This document shows positions 1 to 8,059 of a stretch of DNA of 40,000 bases, one piece after another (the stretch's first letter is position 1; each line of letters opens with the position of its first letter). Where the stretch lies: positions 70,832 to 110,831 of the forward strand of contig SBGP01000043.1 in the NCBI GenBank assembly GCA_006226595.1. Direction: 5' to 3'. This stretch comes from Deltaproteobacteria bacterium. GTDB lineage: Bacteria; Myxococcota_A; UBA796; GCA-2862545. A program made the translations under genes and the position numbers. The notes under the pieces are model-generated. The model saw only the letters and a program-made list of their open reading frames with translations. It was not told the DNA's origin and searched no databases.

Positions 1-3000
1 AGAGCTTCCCGCCGGACTTGGCGGCGTTGCGCTGGCGGAGCGCGACCTCGCGGCGGATCGCGAGCACGCCGTTCGCGTAGCGCTCGACGACCTTGGCGTT
101 GACCTGGGTGCGCCCGAGGGCCGTGTAGGTGAGCAGCACCAGGTCGACCTCGCCGGCCTGGAGCCTGGTCCACTTCGCGGCGCGCTCGGCGGGCGTGTCG
201 GTCGTGCTGGAGGGCTGGCCCTTGCGGGGACCCGCCTGGATGGTGGTGGCCTTCGAGCCGATGACCTCGACGCGGAAGTCTGGCAACACGCGCTTCACGT
301 CCGCGTACCACTTCCACACGATGCTGTTCGGCACGACGATGACCGGGCGTCGGGCCCAGCCTGCCTGTCGGGCCGCGGCGACCGTGGCCAGCGCTGTGTA
401 GGTCTTGCCGACGCCCACATCGAAGGCGAGCAGGCCGCCGCGGTGGTGGAGCAGACGGCGGGCGGCCGCAGCCTGGTGTGCATGCAGCCGGATCGCCGAG
501 TCCTTCCAGCGGGCTACCGCCAGCGGCGCGTCCGAGAAGGCGGGAGCGACGTAGCCCCGGAAGGTGCGGTTGTAGAGGGTCTCGAGCTCGGTCTGGACCT
601 CCGGGTCCGCGTTGACCCATGCCCGGAAGTCCCGCGCCCACTCGGCGGCGACCTTCAGGCGCACGTCGTCGAGCTGTTCGTCCTTGCGCTTGCGGGGGCG
701 GAACAGGGTGCGGTCGTGGTTGAGCCAGCCCACGACGTTGCGGACGAGCTCGGGCGCACGGTCGCCGAGGTCCTCGTAGGCCACGCCGGCGACGTCCACC
801 AGCCCGTTGCGGCGCTCCAGCGTGTAGGCCTTGTGCCCGTAGCGGTGGACGCGCTGGCGGTAATGGTCGAGCCAGCGGCTCACGAGCCCGATTGGCAGCC
901 AGCCGTCGCGAGGCGAGAGCTCGCCGATCTCCTCGAAGGGCAGGGGACCGATGGCCTCGGTGAGGCGGGCGACGTTGCGGGCTGCCCGGGCGTCGCCGCG
1001 GTCGGCGACCACCTTGGCTCGGTCCAGCTTCGGCCAGAGCTCGCCGGACAGGTAGTCCTCGGGCGGGACGAGCGCGCCCTCGTCCTCGGCCCAGTCGTGC
1101 TGGTCGAGCAGCGTCTTGAGCAGGGCGCCGGTCTTTCCCTTGCCGCCGAGACGCTGGTGCTCGGCGACGAGGCTCGCCGGGGTGACTGCGTTTCCGGCGG
1201 CGTACAGGTCTCGCGCGAGTCCCTCGATGTCGTTGGGATCCCGTGCCTCCGGCAGCGTGGGTGCCAGCCGGAGCGCGGCGATGAGCTTCCCGGACCGTGT
1301 GAAGGCCGAGAGCATCCGTGCGGCCCCCGTGTCCCCGCGCTTGGCCAAGGCCTGGAGGTCCACATGTCCATGCGGGTTGCCGTGTGTCGCGTGCCAGCGG
1401 GTCAGGTCGGCGTGCAGCTCAGGCCAGGCAGTCGCCGCGCGCTGGTCCTCCGCGGCGAGCTCGGCGAGGTAGCGGTCGACGCGCAGTCCGAGAGCCTGGG
1501 CGCTGGCGAGCTCGGACGGCAGATCCCGGGGCGCGTTGGCGGCGGGGTTGTCGGTGGGCACCGAGCGGGCGACCCCGCGGCGTGTCTGGGCGGAGGCCAC
1601 GGGTGGCGGCACGTCCAGCGCGAAGCGGGCGGCGTCCAGGAGCAGCTTGCCCTTGAGTGAGACGCCCTGGACCTTCATGGAGGGATGCGGGTGTCCTCGA
1701 TGCACGACCTCCTGGCCCGTAGGCAGGAGGCTCATGCCCCAGCCGCCGAACTCCTGCGACAGGGCGGCCTTGAGCGCCTGGTCGTCGAGGCCGGTCTGGC
1801 GGCGATGGGCCCAGCGTGCTTCGGCGCCCGTGGTGTGGTGGCTGGCGCGGCGAACGGCCGCGCGAACCAGGCCCTCGGGCAGGTCGATTCGGCCGACGCT
1901 GACGCGTGCCTTGGCCTTGTACGCGGGTTCGGCGACGGTCTCGAGCGAACACGCCGAGCACATCGGGCGTTCGACAAGCGGCGGCAGCCCCGTGAACTCG
2001 CCCTCGACCTCGTAGCGCCAGCGGGCCGGCTTGGTGAGGTCGTCGTCCTCGCTGTCGCTGCCGATCTCGGTACCGAGGATGTGCTCGGGAAAGTCCTTGA
2101 AGAAGCGACCGTCGACGATGAACGCGTCCGCCTCTGGCACCGACTGCAGCGTGCCGCCGCGAGCCCGGAACACGACCAGGTCGGTGACGATGCGGGCACC
2201 CGGGAACAGGTCCGAGGGAAGCCGGTACGCCGCGGCAAGGTGGTGCTCGAGCAGGAGCTGTTCGCGCAGGGACTTCGCGCGCTGGGTGCGGGAGGTCAGG
2301 AACCCGGACGGCACGATGAACACGCCGAGTCCGTCCTTGTGGAGGAACTGTAGCGCCCGTCGAAGGAAGTACACGTACGCGCGCTTGTTCCGGTAGGTGC
2401 GGTCGGGGTCCTCGGTCATGGAGGCGCCGCGGCTGCCATAGGGCGGGTTCGCGAACACCAGCCCGTAGGTTCCCCGGGATGCCCCGAGGCGGGTCGCGAC
2501 GAAGCGCTCGAAGGGCATCGCGTGCGTGTGGACCTGGCCCCTAGCGCCGTAGAGCAGCCGGGTCATGATTGCCGACAGCTCGCTGTACTCGACGGCGTCC
2601 CAGCGCATCTGCTTCCAGGGCTGGCTCGCGCCGAGGAAGCGGCCGATGCCACAGCTCGGCTCCAGCGCCCGGACCATCCCGTCGGAGCCTCGCAGGCCGT
2701 CGAGAAGCGGCTCCAGCATGGCGGCGACGGCCTGCACGACCTTCGTCGGCGTGTAGAACTCGTGGATGAGCCCGCGGGCCTCGGGAACGGGGAAGTCCGC
2801 AGGCAGCTTGCCGCCCAGGGCCGTGAGTGAGAGCCCGCCCCAACCCGAGTACCGAGCCAGGATCTGCCGCTCGGCGGGAGACACCGAGCCGGCGTCGGCA
2901 CGGCGCTTGGCGGCGACCTCCATTGCGGCGAGGTTGGCCTGGGTGCGCTTCGCCGGCGTCCACAGGTCGGCTTCGACGAGCGCGTGAGCCTCGGAAGAGA

Positions 3001-3199
3001 CCTGCTGTCCCCCCTGGGCCTGCCGCTGGCGTTCCTGGATGCGGGGCAGGGCGTCGGCGAGCACCTGGAGCAGCTGCGGTCGATAGCGCTCCAGCCAGCC
3101 GTCGACGTACTGGGCGCTGAGCTCGGGCGGGCGGTTGGCTCGCATATGGCCCCCGATGACGTCCAGGAGGACTTCGGGCTTGGCTTGGGTCCGGCTCAC
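1..3199 (-). CDS. DNA N6-adenine methyltransferase / SNF2-type helicase fusion (DarB-like), N-terminal ~1066 aa; C-terminus lies beyond the window start
   Basis: The minus-strand frame is open from GTG 3199 to the window edge. It is absent from the ORF track because it has no stop in the window. GTG 3199 forms a GTGA overlap with the stop of the upstream gene at 3196-3198; an alternative ATG lies at 3145. My own translation shows SAM motif I 'ALEPSCGIGRFLGAS', motif IV 'LVFANPPYG' (NPPYG encoded at 2435-2449), 'DGLGVFIVPSGFLT', and further downstream helicase motif I 'LLAFDVGVGKTYTALATV' plus 'PVIVVPNSIVWKWYADV' (about 300-460). Confidence 0.85.
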   Translation of the reverse strand, partial: MSRTQAKPEVLLDVIGGHMRANRPPELSAQYVDGWLERYRPQLLQVLADALPRIQERQRQAQGGQQVSSEAHALVEADLWTPAKRTQANLAAMEVAAKRRADAGSVSPAERQILARYSGWGGLSLTALGGKLPADFPVPEARGLIHEFYTPTKVVQAVAAMLEPLLDGLRGSDGMVRALEPSCGIGRFLGASQPWKQMRWDAVEYSELSAIMTRLLYGARGQVHTHAMPFERFVATRLGASRGTYGLVFANPPYGSRGASMTEDPDRTYRNKRAYVYFLRRALQFLHKDGLGVFIVPSGFLTSRTQRAKSLREQLLLEHHLAAAYRLPSDLFPGARIVTDLVVFRARGGTLQSVPEADAFIVDGRFFKDFPEHILGTEIGSDSEDDDLTKPARWRYEVEGEFTGLPPLVERPMCSACSLETVAEPAYKAKARVSVGRIDLPEGLVRAAVRRASHHTTGAEARWAHRRQTGLDDQALKAALSQEFGGWGMSLLPTGQEVVHRGHPHPSMKVQGVSLKGKLLLDAARFALDVPPPVASAQTRRGVARSVPTDNPAANAPRDLPSELASAQALGLRVDRYLAELAAEDQRAATAWPELHADLTRWHATHGNPHGHVDLQALAKRGDTGAARMLSAFTRSGKLIAALRLAPTLPEARDPNDIEGLARDLYAAGNAVTPASLVAEHQRLGGKGKTGALLKTLLDQHDWAEDEGALVPPEDYLSGELWPKLDRAKVVADRGDARAARNVARLTEAIGPLPFEEIGELSPRDGWLPIGLVSRWLDHYRQRVHRYGHKAYTLERRNGLVDVAGVAYEDLGDRAPELVRNVVGWLNHDRTLFRPRKRKDEQLDDVRLKVAAEWARDFRAWVNADPEVQTELETLYNRTFRGYVAPAFSDAPLAVARWKDSAIRLHAHQAAAARRLLHHRGGLLAFDVGVGKTYTALATVAAARQAGWARRPVIVVPNSIVWKWYADVKRVLPDFRVEVIGSKATTIQAGPRKGQPSSTTDTPAERAAKWTRLQAGEVDLVLLTYTALGRTQVNAKVVERYANGVLAIRREVALRQRNAAKSGGKL

Positions 3200-4311
3200 G
3201 CCCCCTCCACCGCGGCGGCCACGGCCTGCTGGAACAGGGACAGCAGCTGCGCATCTGCCTGCGCGTTCGGGGTGTTGCCGCTCGGCGAGGACGTGGACGG
3301 CGACTGGCTAGAAGCCTGGGCCTTTGGCCTGCGGCTCTTCCGCTTCTTCGGCGCCGGCGCGCTCGACTCTGCGAGGCGCTGCTCGACGTGGGCGACGCCC
3401 TCGTACAGCCGCTTGGCCTTGCCGGACGACAGGGTCGCGGCGACCTCACCGACCTTGCCGATCAGCTCGCGGGCGACGTGGTGGTGGCCCTCGCCGACGC
3501 GGGAGGTTGCCTCGGACAGCAGGCGGCGAGCCCAGGTGTAGGCACTCTCTCCGCGCTCTCGCGGCATGGGCTCGTACGTGATCTCGGTCCCGCCACTGGA
3601 GGGCGTCGAGCGCTTCGACGGTCGCGAGCTCGTGCTCTCCCTCTCCCTCTCGAGGCGAGCGGCGAGACGGTCTTGTGCCGGGGCCGGTGTGCCGATGGGA
3701 TGGCTTGCGGCGTAGGTCGCGTCGTGGGCCGCCCGGCGATGGCTGTCCCGGAAGCTGCACGCCGTGCCGAGCATCGCCCGCGCACCCTGGATGCCCGCCT
3801 CGATGGCCGCAGAGAGAGAGGCGTAGCCCTCGCCGGACTCGTCGGCCTGGGTCGAGAACCACTTCGCCTCGCGCTCGAAGGCCCAGCTCCAGCCCATGCC
3901 TGGCTTCGAGGTGATGGTGAGCTTCCCGTAGGTCGACAGCTTGCGCCACAGCTCGACCACCGGCGCGCCGTCTCCCCACAGCAGGACTCCGGTCCACTGG
4001 CCACGCAGGGTCACCGGTCCCGCCTCCGGGCTGCCCATCAGGGCCTTGAAGCGCTCGAAGGTGGCGACCTCCGCGCCGGTGTCGACGGGTGCGTTCGGTG
4101 CCTCGAGGTCAGGGCCCGAGCAGGTCCACACATGGCTCGTGGCGCTCTTGCCGGTGGTGCGGTGGACGAGCATGCCCTCGCCGGTGTCGGCACGGAGGAC
4201 CATCGCGACTTCGCCGCCCTTCACCCGTCCCCAGGCGGTGAGCTGCGCGGGGTGGTCGCTGGTGCGGTTCGCGATGGAGAGGCGGATGCGGCGTGGCTTG
4301 GGGCTGGGCAT
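3196..4311 (-). CDS. hypothetical protein, 371 aa (mobile-element-like operon)
   Basis: Track ORF 3196..4905 trimmed to the internal ATG at 4311 ('MPSPKPRRIRLSIANRT...'). The discarded 198 N-terminal residues are R/P/G-rich and overlap the next gene in another frame. The ATG forms an ATGA overlap with the upstream stop. No recognisable domain. Confidence 0.6.
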   Translation of the reverse strand: MPSPKPRRIRLSIANRTSDHPAQLTAWGRVKGGEVAMVLRADTGEGMLVHRTTGKSATSHVWTCSGPDLEAPNAPVDTGAEVATFERFKALMGSPEAGPVTLRGQWTGVLLWGDGAPVVELWRKLSTYGKLTITSKPGMGWSWAFEREAKWFSTQADESGEGYASLSAAIEAGIQGARAMLGTACSFRDSHRRAAHDATYAASHPIGTPAPAQDRLAARLERERESTSSRPSKRSTPSSGGTEITYEPMPRERGESAYTWARRLLSEATSRVGEGHHHVARELIGKVGEVAATLSSGKAKRLYEGVAHVEQRLAESSAPAPKKRKSRRPKAQASSQSPSTSSPSGNTPNAQADAQLLSLFQQAVAAAVEGA

Positions 4312-4916
4312 CAGGACTCCTTGGCGAGGAAGAGGGGGACGAGGACGGCGGTGGCGGCCAGCGCGAGGCCACCGGCGACCCAGGCGCCCCACGAGGAGGA
4401 CTCGGGGCTCGACGCCGGGACGGGGAGGGTGGAGCCCGGCAGGGGCGCAGCACCCCGGTCGTGCAGGGCAATGCGCGCCTCGAGCTCGCGACGCTCGGTT
4501 TCTGCGCGCGTAAGCAGAGCACTCGCGTGGGTGTAGGAGACGATGGCCCACGCGATGGCGACCACCCCAACGGCGATGCCGGCGACCACGAGCAGCGGCG
4601 GCCCCGCGATGTCGACCGTGATGTCCTCGTCGTCTGCCACGATGCCGGCGGCGAGGGCCTGGTGCTCGGCGAGCAGGTTGAGCAGCCGGGACTGGTGTCC
4701 TGCCTGCTCCGCCGCTGGGAGCAGGGCGATGAGCGGGGGCAGCTGCTGGAGCACGGCGCGGGTCTTGCGATGCACCTCCATCCAGCGCTCGACGCGGGCC
4801 TCGAAGCGCTCCGGTTCCTCCTCGATGGACTCCGTGTAGCGGCCGAGTCCGCTCCGCAGGGCGGACTTCCAGGACTCCGGCCAGCTCGCGCGAATCGCGC
4901 TCCACGACGCGCTCAT
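4311..4916 (-). CDS. hypothetical membrane protein, 201 aa
   Basis: Track ORF 4311..5201 trimmed to 'MSASWSAIRASW...' (ATG 4916, ATGA overlap with the stop of 4913..5335). Two hydrophobic segments: 'PPLLVVAGIAVGVVAIAWAIVSY' and 'WGAWVAGGLALAATAVLVPLFL'. Confidence 0.6.
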   Translation of the reverse strand: MSASWSAIRASWPESWKSALRSGLGRYTESIEEEPERFEARVERWMEVHRKTRAVLQQLPPLIALLPAAEQAGHQSRLLNLLAEHQALAAGIVADDEDITVDIAGPPLLVVAGIAVGVVAIAWAIVSYTHASALLTRAETERRELEARIALHDRGAAPLPGSTLPVPASSPESSSWGAWVAGGLALAATAVLVPLFLAKES

Positions 4917-5335
4917 GCGAGCCGCCCGCAGCGGCAGGTGCCCTGGCAGCCGACGGTCGGCTCCGGCTCCTGGTGGTCGCGATGGAGCTTCAGGGCGGGC
5001 AGGCCGCCGCCCTTCTGCACGTACTGCTGGACGGCAGACACGAGCAGCGGCGTGAGTAGCAGGGGCAGGGCGCCGTACTCGCCCTCGTCGGGCACCTCGG
5101 TCACGACCCAGACGCCTGGACGGAGCGGTAGGGCCGCAGCGCGGTAGCCGTGCTTGGCCTGGAAGCGCACGTGGTCGGAGAGCTCGAGCGTGGGGCCCCA
5201 CTCGGAGCGAGGCTCGGCGAGCACGAGGTCGGTGGGCTGCTTGCGGCGAGCGCGCCGCAGTCGGCGGAGGGACTCGTGGTGACGGCGGCGACCGGGCGCA
5301 GGACGGCCGGGCCGCCGCGGAGGGCGGAAGGACAT
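4913..5335 (-). CDS. hypothetical protein, 140 aa, Arg-rich N-terminus
   Basis: Complete track ORF. The N-terminus 'MSFRPPRRPGRPAPGRRRHH' is basic, followed by an ordinary-looking globular part. The stop overlaps the downstream start. Confidence 0.5.
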   Translation of the reverse strand: MSFRPPRRPGRPAPGRRRHHESLRRLRRARRKQPTDLVLAEPRSEWGPTLELSDHVRFQAKHGYRAAALPLRPGVWVVTEVPDEGEYGALPLLLTPLLVSAVQQYVQKGGGLPALKLHRDHQEPEPTVGCQGTCRCGRLA

Positions 5336-5360
5336 GGGGCTCCTTTGCGGGTGAGGGGAG

Positions 5361-5834
5361 TCAGGCCGCCCAGCGGCGGCGGATGGCGGGGTCGATGGCC
5401 CCGTTCATGCCGAGCCGGGCGCTCGGGTCGTCGCGGAACCAGCGACCGCCGAGGCGGTAGCGGACGATGCAGTGGTAGAGGGCGGGGCCGAGGTCGCGGG
5501 TGGTGATCAGCACCTCGGCGCGGACGCGAGTGGGACGCAGCTGTCGTGCGAGCTCGAAGCCGGCATCACCGGGGCGCAGGGCCTTCCAGCCATGGGCCAG
5601 GATCTCTCCGGCCCGGGCGGCGGCCAGCCCGTCGCAGTCCTCGTGCCCCTGCTGGTACAGCGAGAGCACGTCGCACCAGACCTCGCCGCGCTCCCGCTGG
5701 TAGACGACCTTGGCGTCGTAGAGCAGCGGTAGGTCCGCGGTCGAGCGGTGGATGTTGGCGTTCTCGCGGGCGAGCCAGTTGAGCAGGCGCACGCTGGCGA
5801 GCTCGGAGAACGCGAGGCGGACGGTGACGTCCAT
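5361..5834 (-). CDS. hypothetical protein, 157 aa, possible transglutaminase-like Cys/His/Asp fold
   Basis: Tail of track ORF 5361..6845, trimmed to 'MDVTVRLAFSEL...' (ATG 5834), which is preceded by SD GAAGGAG. The ordered pattern 'GHEDCDGLAAARAGEI' ... 'LYHCIVRY' ... 'RDDPS' resembles a papain/transglutaminase-like triad. This is pattern recognition only. Confidence 0.55.
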   Translation of the reverse strand: MDVTVRLAFSELASVRLLNWLARENANIHRSTADLPLLYDAKVVYQRERGEVWCDVLSLYQQGHEDCDGLAAARAGEILAHGWKALRPGDAGFELARQLRPTRVRAEVLITTRDLGPALYHCIVRYRLGGRWFRDDPSARLGMNGAIDPAIRRRWAA

Positions 5835-5845
5835 CGAGGACTCCT

Positions 5846-6493
5846 TCACAGAGCGAGGTGGAAGGTGGCGCGGACCAACAGCGACGGAGAGCCCGCCGAC
5901 ACGACGACCGACTGGGCGGCGCCGACGGGCACGCCGGCGGAGGGCTGCTGGTCGAGGGGCGTGAGCGAGAGCACGCGACCGTAGGCGTCGAGCAGGCCGA
6001 GCACTGGTGGTGTGGGCGGGGCCGGGAGGCTTGGCAGGGTGAGGTCGCTTCTGGTCGAGCGTCGCCCCGGGGCCGGCGCGCCGAGATCGACGCGCACGGA
6101 CCGAGCGAAGGACGGCACGCCTACGGCGTAAGTCGACTTGCCGGGACCCAGAACGAGCGTCTGCATGTTGGCCGTGGGCGTCTCGCCGTCGCTCACCAGC
6201 ACCGAGACCGTGTTGGCCTCCGGGCTGCGATTGACGGCCAGGGCCCGTAACGATCGCGCGTAGACGCAGATCCGCGCGCTCCTGGCGACGGAGACGGTTG
6301 CCTCGGCTCCGGTGCCGCTTCCCGCCGACCAGCGCAGCTGCAGGTCGAAGGGGGCGGTGCCGAGGGCCTCGACGACGCGCCACTTGCCGCAGCGGTCCTC
6401 CCCGGCGAGCACGCGCTTGGGGGCGGGTGCGGTGCCGAGGGGGACGCCGGGCAGGGACAGCGTCTCCGCGCTGACCGAGAGCGAGCAGCTCAT
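5846..6493 (-). CDS. hypothetical protein, 215 aa
   Basis: Complete track ORF with non-degenerate, beta-rich looking composition. It sits 11 nt upstream of the next gene and is co-oriented in the operon. Confidence 0.55.
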   Translation of the reverse strand: MSCSLSVSAETLSLPGVPLGTAPAPKRVLAGEDRCGKWRVVEALGTAPFDLQLRWSAGSGTGAEATVSVARSARICVYARSLRALAVNRSPEANTVSVLVSDGETPTANMQTLVLGPGKSTYAVGVPSFARSVRVDLGAPAPGRRSTRSDLTLPSLPAPPTPPVLGLLDAYGRVLSLTPLDQQPSAGVPVGAAQSVVVSAGSPSLLVRATFHLAL

Positions 6494-6508
6494 CGCCTAC
6501 GCCCTCTG

Positions 6509-7237
6509 TCAGCAGTGGATGGGCTTGAGGCCGAGCAGGGTGACCGCGAAGTCGCCGCCGCTCGGGAGCTCCCCGTTCACGGTGATGTCGAGGCCCGCCT
6601 TGAGCGACTGACCCTTGAGCATGCCGCGCACGAAGCTGTTGCTGCTGAACACGGACACGTCGATGCCGTCGGCGTTCGCCCACACGACACGGTCCCCCAT
6701 GAAGATGGAGGTCACCTTGGCGCCAGCGACCGAGCCGACGAAGGTGATGTCTTCCGCCTTGAAGTCGTGCTGGAGGCGCAGCTTGACTGAGGCGGTGCCC
6801 TGGTCGGCCAGCGTGTCGCGACCGGCGAGCGCGGTCTTGCCCCACGCCTCGTGGTTCGTCGGGGGCGGCTCGAGCACCGGCGGGCGACGACGGGCCTGGC
6901 GCCGACCCTGGCGGGCCTGACGGCGCGCCTGGCGACGGGCCTTTCGCTGGCCTCGGGGAAGGCGTCGGCGGCCGAACTCGTCGACCTCCTCGTCCTCGTA
7001 GCCGAACTCGTCGTCGTACTCGTCGAGCTCGTCGTCGTAGCCGAACTCGTCATCGACGCTGTACTCGCCGGCGAAGTCGTCGTCGTACTCGTCGTCGTAG
7101 CCGGGGTCGCCGGCGAAGGAGGGCGTTCCGGCGAAACCGGCGCCGTCGCGGGTCAGGGTGTCCTCGTCGACGACGAGCTCGTGGGTGTCCGCATCGCGGA
7201 AGATCAGGGCGAGACCGAGGGGAATGAGCTTGCTCAT
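6509..7237 (-). CDS. hypothetical protein, 242 aa, with an acidic block followed by an Arg-rich block
   Basis: Complete track ORF. 'GYDDEYDDDFAGEYSVDDEFGYDDELDEYDDEFGYEDEEVDEF' is followed directly by 'GRRRLPRGQRKARRQARRQARQGRRQARRR', then a beta-rich C-terminal domain. Confidence 0.65.
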   Translation of the reverse strand: MSKLIPLGLALIFRDADTHELVVDEDTLTRDGAGFAGTPSFAGDPGYDDEYDDDFAGEYSVDDEFGYDDELDEYDDEFGYEDEEVDEFGRRRLPRGQRKARRQARRQARQGRRQARRRPPVLEPPPTNHEAWGKTALAGRDTLADQGTASVKLRLQHDFKAEDITFVGSVAGAKVTSIFMGDRVVWANADGIDVSVFSSNSFVRGMLKGQSLKAGLDITVNGELPSGGDFAVTLLGLKPIHC

Positions 7238-7289
7238 GGACTCCTAGGGAAGGGTGGCCAGGCGACCTGGCGCGTGGTGAAGACGGGGC

Positions 7290-7871
7290 TCAGTCGCGGC
7301 GCGGACGCCGGCGACCGGGGGAGGGACGGGGACCGCGGGCGCTCGGCGTGAGCTTCACCTCGCGGGTGTGCAGCGCCGGGTCGAGGTCGAGCTCCGGTAG
7401 GGCGTAGGGCGGCTGCGGGTGCCCCTGGACCGCGGGCGTCAGCGTCTGAGCGTCGCGCTTGGCGCGCCAGGTCTCGCCGGCCTTGCGGCTCCAGCTGCCG
7501 ATCTGCGACAGGAGCACGCCGGACGAGGTCGCGACCACGTCCTTGGCGTAGCCCTTGTCGAACAGCGCCATGCCGAGGCCCGCGAGCGTGCCTCCCGCGC
7601 CGATGACGGTGCGGACGGCGGCGAGCTTGCCCTGGTGCTGGGGCTTGAGGAAGCCCTCGGCGAAGTCCGAGACCGCGAGGGTGGTTGCGGTCTCGGCGGT
7701 GGAGAGCGCGAGGCGGCCGGCGCAAGCAGCGTTGTCCTTGGCCTTGGCTGCGGTGGCCTTGGCCCGGTCCAGCGAGCGCAGGCCTTGCTCGAAGAGCTGC
7801 TTCTGCTGCTTGGTGAGCTTGTGGGCGCTGTCGGGTGCGAGCAGCGCCTCGAAGGGGGATTTGGACGGCAT
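7290..7871 (-). CDS. hypothetical protein, 193 aa (first gene of the operon)
   Basis: Complete track ORF. The ATG is preceded by 'CAGGAGG' 8 nt upstream on the minus strand. A 188-bp non-coding region lies upstream. Confidence 0.6.
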   Translation of the reverse strand: MPSKSPFEALLAPDSAHKLTKQQKQLFEQGLRSLDRAKATAAKAKDNAACAGRLALSTAETATTLAVSDFAEGFLKPQHQGKLAAVRTVIGAGGTLAGLGMALFDKGYAKDVVATSSGVLLSQIGSWSRKAGETWRAKRDAQTLTPAVQGHPQPPYALPELDLDPALHTREVKLTPSARGPRPSPGRRRPRRD

Positions 7872-8059
7872 CGTCGTGGACCTCCTGGGAAGGGGCGGCG
7901 CGGTGAGCGACGCCGGGGTGGCAGGTGGTCTGAAGATGCGCCGTCAGGGGCGGTGGCTCAATCGAGGTTCGGTGTACCTCGGTCGACAGGACATGGGGGT
8001 GTCGTGGAACGTGAGGGGCCACCCGCCGAGTTGGCTGTCTCGGTGTACCCCCCGGCGAT

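Noticed and set aside
443-1660. 405-aa plus-strand ORF, with neighbours at 1685..2353, 2984..3541 and 3388..4536
   Set aside because: The translations are Gly/Arg/Ala/Val-rich and low in complexity. They lie antisense to a frame that carries clear methyltransferase and helicase motifs or plausible operon genes. This is the typical high-GC shadow-ORF pattern.
2390-2530. Apparent double frameshift around the NPPY motif of the methyltransferase
   Set aside because: It came from my own mis-transcription of two sequence lines. Re-reading against the track ORF anchors (2031..2396 and 2522..2830) shows one continuous frame.
3196-6845. Long N-terminal extensions of track ORFs 3196..4905, 4311..5201 and 5361..6845. 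The same pattern occurs at 13884..14699, 16392..17138, 19063..20355, 21431..22705, 30367.. and 34252..
   Set aside because: The extensions are R/P/G-rich and overlap the upstream gene in another frame. Internal ATG/GTG codons sit exactly on the upstream stop (ATGA/GTGA) or behind good SD sequences. Known families (QueC, DGQHR) begin at the internal start.
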